Part shown: piece by piece, positions 40,245-54,215 of the stretch
How positions within the stretch are numbered: the first letter of the stretch is position 1
Layout: every line of letters begins with the position of its first letter
Assembly: GCF_009914755.1 (NCBI RefSeq)
Contig: NC_060936.1
Reading direction: 5' to 3' (one strand)
Source: the human T2T-CHM13v2.0 reference genome, Homo sapiens
Length of the DNA: 64,000 nt
The notes under the pieces: generated by a model
What the model saw: the letters and a program-made list of their open reading frames with translations, nothing else
What the model was told of the DNA's origin: nothing
Database searches by the model: none
Position numbers and translations under genes: made by a program

Positions 40245-40450
40245 GGTAGGTTGGTGGCGGGGTAGTGGTCTGCTGAGCTGTGGAGGGCGGTGGGGCTGAG
40301 GGTGGGGTGGAGAGGGCGGTGCCCCTGCTCTGAGGCAGGGACTACTGGGTGACAGAGACAAAGGGGTGTGTGATGGGGCAGGTCACAATGGGTAGGGGAG
40401 GATAAAAGTGGTCCTGCGGGGTGGTTTAGCAGCAGTGGATGGTTCAGGTT
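40245..40450 (+). promoter_or_regulatory. Probable FAM71C proximal promoter (G-rich, GC boxes)
   Basis: Abrupt G-rich tract in AT-rich surroundings; GGGCGG at 40285 and 40314; GATAAAA at 40401; 400-600 nt upstream of the ATG. The TSS cannot be determined from sequence. Confidence 0.45.
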
Positions 40451-40842
40451 GGGAAGAAGAGCAGTGGGATTGCCAGTTAAGGTTGTGGAATCAAAGAGCA
40501 AAGGCTGTTGTGAAGTGGAATATCAGGCTCAAATGGAGGTCCCTCCCGAATGAGCACTGACACCTGTGTGCCCGGACATCCACGAGGGCCCCAACACCTG
40601 TGCTCCTGACAGCTCCATGCACTAAGCAGGGCACAGTCTGGATCCAGGGGACTGACTGTCTCTGGCATTGAGCGGTTGGTAATCAATACCCCACCCTCCC
40701 TGTTCTCAGTCACTTGGGGACAAAAAAGAAAGCCTGCAGAACACGACTGCTGGCCCACCTGCCAGAGTAGCCAAGGAAACAGGATGCCCGCTAAAGCATG
40801 TTAAGGAAGGTGTGGAGCAGCTGCTGGGAACTGTCTTGATAA

Positions 40843-41484
<642 letters not shown>

Positions 41485-41964
41485 TAGATGGGGCCTGGAT
41501 GCTTTGGGGGAGAGCAGGTACAGGTCCTGTAAAGCCTTTGGTGCTGCAGCTCACCTGGGAAATGCATTGCATTTGGAAGGTCTGAAGGCCAAATGAGCTT
41601 CCATTTGGAGGCCATGGTACATTGAGGAGGTTCCTAGTGCTTCTCCAGGGTTCTCCAAGCCTGAATTTCAGAGATTTCTTAGCTGTCAGCAACTCTTCAT
41701 TTTATATCCACAGCTGTTCATTTTATATCAATGTTGTAATGCTGTCCAAAGCATCCTGACCAGTCTATTCTGAAACACATACTATGACCTAGGCAGGCTG
41801 ATATGTTGTAGGACGTGTCTCCCTGCAATTGCCACTTATATACATTGGTGGCAACACAACATGTTTGTGTACTTGTGCAATAATTTCTTTTTGTTGTTTA
41901 CCTATAGGAAGAGAAAGGAGATCTTGCTGGTCTCACTGTCTTTGCTTATTTGTTCTCTCCCTAG

Positions 41965-42075
41965 GGATATGCCATGAAGTTTTGTGAAGAGAAGGAGCAA
42001 TTCAGAATCAGTAGACTTCACATGAATGCTGAAATGTTTGGGTCCACCTATTGTGATTATACAATAGAGATATGA
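41965..42075 (+). CDS. FAM71C: FAM71C / GARIN6 coding exon 2, aa 206-241 ([36 protein letters not shown])
   Basis: Acceptor TTTGTTCTCTCCCTAG|GGA, phase 0, 498-nt intron; the 241-aa total matches my recollection of human FAM71C. Confidence 0.9.
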   Translation, partial: GYAMKFCEEKEQFRISRLHMNAEMFGSTYCDYTIEI

Positions 42076-42700
42076 ATCCAACATACCTCCCACATATACT
42101 ACGTTCAAGAGTTCACACACCCCTGCAGTCATAAAACCTATAGTGCCTGATGAAGGGGCAGGGTAGCAACAGCAGTAGTGATGACAGTAAGCACCACCAC
42201 AGGTACCATGGATGTGGCTGCAACCAAGTCTGCAGACTCAGGAGAGAAACACAGCACTGGCAAAAGCAGCCTTCAGAGGTCCAGGAGGAAGTATAGCCAG
42301 CATGGCTATTAGTGGGTGCTTCCATGTCTTAATCTTGTTATAGCAAGGGCTGCATGCACATTCTTGTCCTAAAAGGGTACTTCAAGCATATCAGTAAGTG
42401 CTACTGGCCTCTCCCTAGAGAGCAGTATGAATGTGGTGGCTACAGGAGCAGAGAGATACTGAGAAGGCTGTTGCATTGACAGTATCTCTCTGCTACTCAA
42501 AGGCTGACTCTCTGCTACTCAGCATTGGGAGTCAGTTATCTCAACTCTGCAGGATGAGGCCACATGCGTGAATGGGATGGAAGCCAGAGGGTCTCTACCT
42601 AGCTGGATTGACTCTGCAGTAATAACCTCAAAGCCCAGTACTACACATGGTGCAGAGGTGGACATCTCACCTAAGACTGTGGAGGGGAACAATGTGATTC
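42076..42700 (+). pseudogene. Decayed FAM71B/GARIN3-like C-terminal coding remnant within the FAM71C 3' UTR
   Basis: Collinear frameshifted peptides IQHTSH, TGTMDVAATKSA, TALAKAA, ISTLQ, GHMREWDGSQRVS and EVDISPKTVE resemble the FAM71B tail as I recall it. Confidence 0.75.
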
Positions 42701-42705
42701 ACCAT

Positions 42706-42776
42706 AATAAAATCCATCAACTCAAATTATCTGCTCTAATAACATATGCTCTATTGACAGGAAGGGTAGCAATAAA
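42706..42776 (+). terminator. Candidate FAM71C polyadenylation signals (AATAAA at 42706 and 42771)
   Basis: Canonical hexamers at the point where the sequence returns to AT-rich composition. Confidence 0.55.
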
Positions 42777-44569
42777 ACTAATGGCAATTTATGATCAGGC
42801 TCTGAAAACTATCTTTAACTTTCCCTTAACTTTATATTTTTTAAATAAATTAATAGATGACAGAATAAAATGTTGAAGATTACTCTCAGATATGATCCTA
42901 CATTAGGAGAATTATTCTAAAACTGTTTTCCAAAATATAAAATGAGAACCCAGGAATACACACACACAGACTCTCTCTCTCTCTCCTCTCTCTCTCCAGG
43001 TTTGAATCACAGCATTGCCACACATTAACTGTGAGTTTCAGTAGATTGTTTCTTTAAATGGTCACCTTGAGACCATACATGTATAATATCTGGAACATAG
43101 TAGGCACTGTGTAAATGGTAGTGTTGAGAAACAAATTCTGAGTTTAATCATACTTTCCAGAAAGGGCTTAATTTTCCCAGTCTCTTCATTCTTGATTTCC
43201 TTTCTTAAATCTTAATTAACTGCTTTGCAATTGTCCCATAAAAGCTCTATTTACAGTAAATCTTCTCAGTATCTTCCAAGAATTTTAATCCCCTGACGCT
43301 ATTTAGAATTCTAAATTTTCATGAATTTGTAGAAATTTCAATCTAGTTACAATGGAAAGATAATTGCAAAGCACTCATCTTTTACCTGGTTCTCTCCAAT
43401 TTTAGTATTCTTGGAGATAGAAAAATAAAATGTAATATAGGATCAATTCATAATCTGGACAAAAACTGGAAATTAGATCATTTTAGAATTGTAAGATCCA
43501 CATCCATGGGATTAGCCAATATTCTAATTTTGCAAGTAAAAAGTCTGCTCGAGTCTAAAGTAATACATCACATGGTTTGAGAACCAGAATGTATAGGTAA
43601 CCTGGCCCCCAATTATGTCTGTATTGTTTCCATAACACTCATGATTCTGACAAGCACTGTGCTTTGAATATAAAAGATATTTGATACATGTTTGCTGGAT
43701 CCAATTAAGGGCTATAAATGTGAAATATAATTTATTCCAATCAAACAAATCTGGGGATATAAAATTTTACATAGTACTGTACTAATTGTACAGATCCCAA
43801 AGGCCCCTGTATATATTGTAAGGAAGCAGTTTACCAGTAGACCCTCACAGCGCTTACGACTTAATGATTTTTAATGGCCTCCAAAAGTGCTTCAGACCTG
43901 AAAAAAATGGTTTCAAAATATGAAAAACATTTCACAGGTTAGATGTTCTAGCTTTGCGAATTTCAAGGTTACATTACTGAGAAATCACATCTAACCATAA
44001 ATCACTTTTCAGCAAATAATTTCAAATGAAAAAATTTAAAAATAAAACAATTTTTGTTTTTCATGTGGTACGTAGCCCAGTATCATATGATACTGGAGAC
44101 CCCCTAAGAAGCTTTAAAATGACCATATTGCAAACTCTTAACAGAGACCAACTTTATCTTTATATTCAAGGACTGTCAGCATGCTTACCACATTGTAGTC
44201 CCTTGATAATCATAGAAGGGATCATTGTTAAAAGCACTGCACATTTTGTATTTTTTCTCTAAATCTTAATCTGACTCAATCTCTTTTTAAATTGTATATT
44301 CCTTTGGTAAATATTTCAATCTGCTTCTGATTACAAATCCTGATGCTTATTACTATCAGATCCTGTTCCTAGGTCACAGTTTTCTTAAAATTCTAAAACA
44401 ATACATATCCTGTTACCTCATCTCTTGTAATCAAAGTTTAAGAGATAATTTAGATAATAGATACTTATAATAACAGAAAAAGATTTAAAAATTACCATTT
44501 GTGAATGGTTGAGAATGGTTGAATCCTAGGTAATAAACTAAAAAACCAGATGAATTAAAAAATGTTGCA

Positions 44570-44750
44570 AATTGTGTATGTGTGTATGTGTATATACTAT
44601 ATATATGTACAAATATACTATATATACACAAAAATATGCTATACATATTATATTTTTAATTGCAAAACTTCAAAAATTCTTTAATATATTTTGCAATGAA
44701 AATGTATATATATAAACATGTTATATATACATAAAACATGTTTACATGTG

Positions 44751-44784
<34 letters not shown>

Positions 44785-44846
44785 AATATAAATGCTAAAG
44801 GATAGCCCTTAAACAATAATATTCACAGACACACACACACACACAT
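44570..44846. repeat. Degenerate (TA)n/(CA)n low-complexity region
   Basis: Visible TA, TG and CA runs. Confidence 0.8.
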
Positions 44847-44867
44847 TCTTAAGAATTTATAGTGAGA

Positions 44868-45196
<329 letters not shown>

Positions 45197-46339
45197 TTAT
45201 TGCTGGTTTGTTAGATTAAATTCAGTTAAAAAAAAACACCCAAAACCTGTATCTCAAGTACATTTATAGATTTAATGCAGTAAAAATTAAAATCCCAATA
45301 GAGATACTTTTTAAACTCAACATAGTACTTACAAAATACAGATTTTATAAAGCAAGCAATCAAGTCAGCTGCTAGTTTTAATTTAATAATGGATAATACC
45401 AACACTGAGTCATGTGGTTTAAAAAATAGGAAGGCAGAAATAAACAAGCCTTCAGAAGTAAAACCAAAACAAAAGGATAAAAACGAGAGGAATATGAGTT
45501 ATTGTTCAATGGAAAGTCATAGGAAAACTAGATATCAACAAGCAAAAAATAATATAGAGCCATAATTGAAATTTATGTTAAAAGGAGTTCTAAATAAGAT
45601 GAATTAAATGAAAAATAGGATTGAGAAGCTTAATCAACTGGATAGTTTTTTTAAATTACATGATGCACTTGTACACATACAAATTAAGACAAAAAGAAAA
45701 GCTGCAGACTGGGAAAGATTTTGTGGTAAATGTAACTAGAACATCTGAGGAATTAATAAACTTATTGAACAATACCAGTCTTCACCAAGGAAATGGCCAA
45801 AGGTAAAGCAAACCTAATATTAAAAATTGTAGACCAAAAGCAAGGTACTACCAAGCCTAAAAAATAATAAAATCAAATTTAGAAAAAAGCAAATGTTAGT
45901 AAGGTGGTAGAAAATCAGATACAATCATATTACTGACAGCTTTTTGATTTGCAGTCATCTGGCTAATATAGTAAATACCCTGATTATTTTATTTCAGTAA
46001 TTATTTTTAAGATATAAGGCAAAGTAATGATTAGGAAATGTATTTTTACAAATGCAGTTTTATGAGGGGAAAATAGGTTAAAACATTTAATTATTGATAA
46101 ACTGCTAAGCAGTTAAGGGTAAGCTAATAAAATACAACTTATGCTTGTTAATTTTCTTTCCCTTTACCCATGTAGATATGAGGTAAAAAACTATATGTAA
46201 AAACTTTAAGTGAAGACATGACACCCTAGAATATACACATTTGTTCACTGAGATTCATTCAACTATTACTTCATTCCAATTATTTTTTTTTGTTTTACAT
46301 CCATCAGATTTTGCTTGATAAAGAAGACATTTTTTTCTC

Positions 46340-46640
46340 TTCCTTTCTTTCTTTCTTTTTTTTTTTTTTTTTTGAGACAGAGTCTCACTCTATCATAACC
46401 CAGGCTGGAATGCAGTGGTATGATCACAGCTCAATGCAGCCTCAACCTCCCATCTCAGCCTCCTGAGTAGCTAGGGCTATGGGTGTGTACTACCACACCT
46501 GGCTTATTTTTGTATTTTTTGTAGAGACAAGGTCTCACTATGTTGCCCAGGCTGGTCTTGAACTTCTGGGCTCAAGCAATCCACCCTCCTCGGCCTCCCA
46601 CAGTGCTGAGATTACAGGTGTGAGATACCACATCGAACCC
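46340..46640 (-). mobile_element. AluJ element
   Basis: Poly-T followed by GAGACAGAGTCTCACTC...GGGCTCAAGCAATCC (J diagnostic); internal deletion. Confidence 0.9.
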
Positions 46641-47742
46641 ATTCTTCTGATTTGCCAGGAACTACGCGTTAGACTGCAGATGCTGAGCATCAAAAGGTTG
46701 AATCTCTACCTTTATGGAGCTCACAGTTTAGTATGTATTTACAACAATTCTGTAAAGGTTACAGTAAACTGTCTTAAAGTCCTATGAAGAGATTTTTTAA
46801 GTACTATATACTGATTTGAATATCCTACTTAGCTTTCTACAACAAATTAATATTGAAATTTGAGGGGCTATGATCAAATTATGATACAGACATGTGGAAG
46901 ACGTGATGGTTTCTTAGACATAATTGTTTCGTATTTGTCGTGACAGAAGGGAAAATATCTTTGAGATGTAACACTTTTCTGGATAAGTACTGTGATTTAT
47001 CTTCTGTCCTGGACTGCTTTTTCCACCCACGTTCTATGTAATTAACCTCTTAACATTATACCCTTTCATATTAAGTTCTTTGCTTATTGTGCAGAGATAT
47101 TTTCACCATGGCTTCAAATTTCCTATCTCTGGAATATTTTAGTCATTTCTGAAACTCCTCTAAGAGTGTATGGTTCACAACCCACAACAGGAACCTGAAG
47201 GTGATACTACAGATTTAAAGTAGTCTTAATGATAGTGAAATGACTTGAAACTAATAGTCAATATTTTAGTGTTCTGGTTTCATTTTTGGATTTTATTCCA
47301 AAACCTCCAGAAGTACACATTCCCATTATTCTACAATGCTCCATTGTGATGTGAAAAATATAATCACTGGCTATGCTTTTAAACAGCCATAATATGTTTC
47401 CTTATATCTGTAGACAACTTTTACTTTTTAAAAATAGCATTCTTTAAACTGATATATTTCTGGATTCAAAATATTAAAACCTCATAAACAAGATAACTTT
47501 TCTGCATTATAACCAAACTAAATAATACTAATTTTTTACATAAATTATGTCTTCGCATATGTACACATATGCACACCAAGTTATATGCACATTTTACTTG
47601 ACACTTTGAGAAAAACCACAAGATCCAAAATCACAAAGTGAACAAGATCCTAATTTGATTTTCGAAGGGGAGGGAGATTTTATCTTAAAAACATAGGCAA
47701 CCATTTTTGTTTTATTGTACCTTAATAAAAGCAAACTTTTAC

Positions 47743-47886
47743 CTGGGCAAGCATGGGGAAGCCAAGGTTCCTACATCCATTACACGGAGTTAATGCTTCC
47801 CAAAGTCCTGATGGCCCACACGTATTTTCATCATCATCCTCTTCTTCCACTTCTCCTGGTGACAAATTGATTGTAGATGAGGTTCT
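47743..47886 (-). CDS. ANKS1B: ANKS1B (AIDA-1/EB-1) internal coding exon, 48 aa RTSSTINLSPGEVEEEDDDENTCGPSGLWEALTPCNGCRNLGFPMLAQ
   Basis: Minus strand ...TTAATTTCAG|AGAACC...GCCCAG|GTAAAA; 144 nt, phase 0/0, open. The peptide matches my recollection of the ANKS1B linker between the ankyrin repeats and SAM domains, and FAM71C is known to be nested in ANKS1B. Confidence 0.92.
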
Positions 47887-48369
47887 CTGAAATTAAATTT
47901 ATATCATACCAATATATTATATCAATGATATTTAGATATCTTAACATCAATTAAATTCTATAAATGACAGTGGTATATCTCGGCAAACAAGTCAGCTCAC
48001 TTTTAGCCACAGTTACATGGCTGTGCCCTGTGCCTGAGATAAAAATATGTATAGTCCAACTTAAGTTAAAAGTGAAAAAAACTAGGTGTGAAAGACTTAT
48101 AAAATAATATATGAAGTTCATAATGAAGAATAGAACATGATAATGGCCTAATAAAATATTTGAATAGCAACAAATGAGAAAAATCTTATGGTTTATCAAG
48201 AATTTAGGTTTAGGCATAAAATTAAGGAAAAATGCAGTTAGGGCACTAACAGGAAAATATTTTATTGAAATGGGAACTCCTGATAAACCAGTTTGTTCAG
48301 AATGCCACTGAAATAAAACTTTATAAACTTTCATATCATACATATAACAGGAGTAACAGTTTTAAAATT

Positions 48370-49440
48370 CATAATGAGACTTCCATATTTAGCACATATA
48401 TTTTCCTTCGTTATCTCCCAAATCTCACTAAAATGATGGTAGAACATTTATAAAAATGTTTACACCATAAAAATAAGGATGACAGGAGAGATGAACAGAC
48501 AATATTAAGAAAACTTCTGGATAATGTTGAGTAACTTTTGGATAACAGATGGGTATTACCTGACTTAGCAAACATGAGAACACTGAAAGCAAAGAACCTT
48601 CATGTGGAAAGAATTGGAGGGACTGGCTACCTGTGAAGGTGTAAGTGTAGATGGGGCAGAAACAGACTGAAACTCAGTATCAGAAAGAATTATACCCCTA
48701 GACCCATCTCCTTTTCACCCAGCCAGGAAACTAAATCTTTACCACTGGCAAGAAATTAGAGGTTTAATTTTTGAAGAAGTTGAAGCAAAAGGATTATGAA
48801 TTCTAAGACTACAGATATACTGAGTCTCCAAAAACAAGAGAATTAATATCTATATAGTAATGAAGATTCATAACCTACCCCGTGCCTTACCATATTTGCA
48901 TTAGACAACATGGCAGCACGGTTTATATTCCCAGATAAACAACTAGAATACTCCTCCCTGTAGAAACAGACCTCCTAAGAAAAAAGGTCTATAAATAAGC
49001 AGGAAAATGGTGGGATCTATGTATCAATCTCTACTGTGAAGCCAACCTCTCAACAAGTTCCACTCACAAGAATCATATATTTGAGAAAAACCTCTTAACA
49101 GACACCAAAATAAATATAGAGAAAAAAGTTATAAATAGTATCCTCAGAGAGAAGATATTTATAGCCATGAAACAAGAACAGAAAGTTACAAAATACATAA
49201 AATCCAATACAAGAGTAAGAAAAATCTGAGAAAATTTCCCAAAAGATGAACAGAATTTAAAAGTGGAGAAAACTAGGGGTCAAACCAAGACCTCTAACAT
49301 CTGAACAAAAGGAGCTCCAAAAATTAAGAGTAGAGATGGGAGGGTCAAAGAAATAAAGCATGAAAATTTGCAGAAACTGAGGAAAAACTTCACTCTAAGA
49401 GCCTGCTGAATACTTAGCAGACTCAATTTAAAAAAAAAGA
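48370..49440 (+). mobile_element. Highly diverged L1M/HAL1-like 5'/ORF1 fragment
   Basis: A-rich strand with ORF1-like motifs (TCTAACATCTGAACAAAAGGAGCTCCA, AAAATTTGCAGAAACTGA). Confidence 0.4.
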
Positions 49441-49749
49441 TGTATATGCATAAATAAAAAGAAATACACTAAATTGTCTAAAGGTCCTCTGAATGTAGCG
49501 TTCAGCACAACATTGATAGATCATGATTACTAAAGCAAGTAAATATATTCTACATATTGGATTGTAAATAGCATCCTCCCCCCAAAATTGTTCCTTTTAA
49601 AAATAGAATATAAGATTTTATTTTTCCTCCTATTTAAAAGAATTTGTTTTCTGCATTCACATTTTAACTTCCCCTTGATCACTTGTCAGTAACTAAGAAG
49701 CAATGAAATTAAGTTGTCCCCCAATCAGTTGCTGTCTATAAAATACAAT

Positions 49750-49995
49750 AATAATAACAACTGTTAGACTGAGAACTTACTATGTGACTTGGAGTATCAC
49801 TGGCCTATTGTCTGTTAACTATTTTAATTCACACAACAGCCATTTGAGGCAAATATTTTTCCTCTCACTTTATAAATGAGGAAACTAAGGGACAGAGAGG
49901 CCAAGTAAAACCCAAGGTCACGAAGCTGGCAAGTGGCAGAAAAAGGATTCTAACCCAGACTAGGGGGCTGCAAAACCTACTCTCCCCTCACCACT
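49750..49995 (-). mobile_element. MIR SINE
   Basis: TTTATAAATGAGGAAACTAAGGGACAGAGAGG...CCCAAGGTCAC core. Confidence 0.8.
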
Positions 49996-50819
49996 ACATT
50001 CTGTGACCACTCCTTTGGTACAATAACCTGTGGAAGACAATATACTGAAAAACCACACTGATGTAAATAATTGCAGTTTAAATAAAAGAGGTATATTTGG
50101 TGAATACGTTTCTGTTACACGAGTAAAGTCCTGAGAGCATTTTGCCTTCTGTGACAGGGAGTGAAAATTTCTGCAATTTGATACATAGCAGCCCATGCTT
50201 TCATAAATACACACTTCTCAAATCAATAATAGAAGGTGATTATCACAGGGATTTTTGACCCTACAGATCCTTTGAGTAAAATAAAAAATCTTGGGAAATT
50301 TAAAATCTTAATCTGAAAGAGTATATATATATATATGATAAAGTTGTTCACAGGAATAAATAAAATGATCAAAAAGGTATCTCCTTTACCAGCTCATGAT
50401 CAGCTAACAGTTTGACCATCAACATTGATGCGGCACATACTATAAACCACCTCATAGTTGGCCAAGAATTATCAACATTTTAGATTAATCCATTCTTTTC
50501 TATTTTGTTAATGGTGCTACAATGATTTAATCCAATCACACAGGGAACTTCCTCTATCTCTTTCTCCTCCCTCAAAAAAAAAAAAAAAAAAAAAAAAAGC
50601 TTATCTCTCTTCCCTGCTCATAAAGCTCCAATTACTTCCCATTTCACAGCAAATGATATCCAAATTCCTTAATCTGGCTTCAGAGTTCTATAGTCAAATG
50701 ATTTTTTAGCCCTTTTACTTTTTCACTATACTCACCTCAGATTATAACCAGGTGGAATTGTTTACCCTTGCCTAATCATGCTCTATGCTTTTATTCTTTC
50801 TTTCACCTTACTTGTCTGC

Positions 50820-51475
50820 ACAGCGTATTGTAGTGGTTAAGGGCTTGGGCTCTAAAATTAGACAGTCCTGAATTCAAGTTCCAAATACCCGCCTCACTAG
50901 CCGTATGATTTTCAGCAGATAAGACCATTGTCAGCCTCTCTTGCCTTATCTATGCAATGGAAAACAATACAGTGGAACCTCTCTCAGGGCTTTTTCCTGA
51001 TGACTAAATGAGGTAATAAATATAAAGTGCCTGACACATACAGCTTCAATAAGTATTAACTATCATGTTTATTATTTTCTTATAATCCCACTGATTCAAA
51101 ATAGAGTTCAGATTTCATCCCTTACCTAAAATTTTCCAGATTTCCCACAAGCATGCATGATATCATGTTCTTCTGCTTGTCTCTCTTTGTGCAAATGTTT
51201 GCATTTGGTATTTCACATTCACCTTGAGTTGATAGATGCTATAGTGGCAAAGAGCATTGGCTTTTAACTCAAACAGATATATGTTTAAATCCTAGCTCTA
51301 CCACTTCCAAGCTTTGTGATTTTGAGCAAATCACATAATCTTATTAATCCTTAGTTTCCCTATCTGAAAAAATAGTGTAATCATTTCCACTTGCAGGGCT
51401 GTATGAAGATCAAATTAATTGCTTGACAGAGACTGGCACATAAAAAATCAATAAGTACTGCTATTTTATTTTTTA
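50820..51475 (+). mobile_element. Two MIR SINEs (about 50820-51070 and 51235-51475)
   Basis: GTAGTGGTTAAGGGCTTGGGCTCT and GTTTAAATCCTAGCTCTACCACTT...TTAGTTTCCCTATCTGAAAAA motifs. Confidence 0.75.
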
Positions 51476-52986
51476 CCATAAAAGAGTTGTGTACACACAC
51501 ACAGTGTGCTTGTGCAAATATACTACACAGACACAAGTGTGGCTTATTTACCCTTGTGAAGTAAGTTATTTGAAAGAAAACATTGCCTTATTCACATTGT
51601 ATCTCCTACAATGTGTTGTGCATAATGAAACAATAAATATTTATTGAATGAATCACTGAATAAATGAGCTTCAAATTATTATTTTCATTTGACTACCTAG
51701 AAAATTTTACTAATATTAAGGGGTGTGTATAATTGTATCACAAATATCAAGATTGCCATTTTAGCTTTATTTTATATTAACTATTACAAGTAGCTTTGCA
51801 GAAATGAAGAAACTTATCAGTGGTTTAGCACTGCCCCCTAAAGACAGCATATAAATTGGCTGTGTAAAACCATAATTTTTAACTTCATTTCTTTACAGTT
51901 AAAGATTTGAAGGAAAATATTTTATCAAGCTACATATAATCTTCAATTATATATGGGAAGAAGCCAGCGGAACACACTTAACCTCAGATGGTTTCATTTA
52001 TTCCAAATGCTGTTCAAACTTTTTACTGGAGAACAAACTCTGTTCCTGAAGTTCCAGAAAGATGTGAAAATTCTACTATAAAAAAAAATAGACCTAAATC
52101 TATACAGTTTGAACCCATTAGCTTTCTTGGTTATTACACGGTAATAAAGAAAGACTGGACCAATTCTATGTTGTTGCAAATTGAAAAACAGTCACAATAA
52201 TATACTGTAGGGAGACAAACTTGAGCTCAATCAAAGAAAAACACTTTTGAGAATAATTATATTAGTCTAACATTGAAGAAATGGGATTTCCCTGTGAGGC
52301 AGTGTGTGTTCGTGTGTGTTTGTGTGTCTGTGTGTGTGCATGTGTGTATGTGTAAATTATATGACAACTATATATAACGGTGCTTCATAATTTATAAAAT
52401 GCTTTCAGATAGAGAATAGCCCAATAAAATAGAGTAAGAATTATCCCTATTTTACAAGTGAAAAAAACTGATGCTCAAAATGTTACTCGATTTGCAAGAT
52501 CATACTACAAATCAGTCCAGATTATAATCCAAGCCCTCTAAATCTAGGTCCTATTGTCTTTCTACCACACCATGGAAGCCACCTCCTTAATTACTAGAAC
52601 TCTTCAAGGGGACAACAAATGTTCAAGATTGTCAATGCAAAGGGACCAGGCCAAAAGGCAGAATCCAGGAAAGAGGCAATATCAGAGATGGCAATCAAAG
52701 CAAAAGGCAACAATCTGGAATGAGTTAGCAATCTAGACTACTTTATAGCATTGCCACACGCCTTTTTGCCTTTGTTTAGTTCTAAAGTAAAATTGCTTTA
52801 TAGATTTTTCAATGAAATTTAAAGTAATACATGCTTATTGTAAAACAAATCATTCATAATGAAAAATTATACATGAAAGAGTGAAGCTTTCCTAGCCTCG
52901 GTCCCACATTCAGTGGGTGTACTTCCAGACTTTGTAATACTTACTCTACTTGCCTGATGACTTTCTCACGATAAATTCATAAATGA

Positions 52987-53369
<383 letters not shown>

Positions 53370-53546
53370 TAACCTGTTCACAGTGATCAGAGAAATGTTT
53401 TTTCATATGAGAATGTGATCATGTTTTCCTCTTCCTTAAAACCTTCAATAGCTTTTCATGTTCTTCTGATAAAGTTCAAAATTCTTAATATGATCCAAAA
53501 GGCTATGCATGATCTGCCCCTACCTCCCTCTGTATCCCACCACTAA

Positions 53547-54215
53547 TCTGGCAGGCCAGGTCTCACTAACAGCTGAACAGGAAGGCCTCCATGACAACTG
53601 TTTCAGCACTGACTGAGTGGTTAAATTAAATATTTAAAGCTGATAGAGCCAGTGCCCTTATACGAAGGCTGGAATGTAACGAAAGCCCACCAAGAGTTTT
53701 GCCTAGGCCTTTCCAGGGCCTTGAAGCATGATGAAATAACAAAGGAATTCTTAACAGAACCCGTTTAGTATTAAACAGGTTTTACTGGGGGTCTGAAGGA
53801 ACTCCCCAGACCTCCACAAACAAGTTTTATTGAGGTCTAAAGGAACTCCCAAATCTTCATGATTTAGCAGGAGACAAGATAAGCGTAATCACCCCTGGCA
53901 CCTGGATCCATCTAGATTGAGTAAATTTACTGAAGCTCCAGAGGAAGGTCTTCAGGACTCAGACCTTAGGTATAGATGAGAAGAAGTTAATCACTTATGT
54001 CTTTAGATGAATGCACACTTACATGTAGACATACAGCTTAGAAGGTATATAAGCTCTGGAAAACTTTGTAATTTTGAGTTGGTCTGGCAATATTTTCCCT
54101 GGCCTTCTCCCTGTACCCGTTTACAGAAGTAAATTCTCTTCTTTCCCAGTTGGTCTGCATCTTGTTATTGGACCATGAGAATAAGCAACCCGACCCTTGG
54201 TTTGGTCCAGGAACA
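53547..54215 (+). mobile_element. ERV1 solo LTR (LTR15-like), inserted in an L2
   Basis: TCTGGCAGGCCAGGTCTCACTAAC...GGTCCAGGAACA, TATA box GTATATAAG at about 54046, perfect 4-bp TSD CTAA. The subfamily name is by recall. Confidence 0.8.

Noticed and set aside
42073-42079. Programmed stop-codon readthrough of FAM71C
   Set aside because: The context is TGA ATC rather than the TGA CTAG readthrough motif, and the tail is frameshifted further on.
42568-42876. 102-aa ORF as an independent gene
   Set aside because: GTG start; only a central piece resembles the fossil tail, and it runs through the polyA signals into AT-rich sequence.
47951-48343. 130-aa minus-strand ORF next to the ANKS1B exon
   Set aside because: AT-rich intronic sequence with a low-complexity hydrophobic translation and no splice support.
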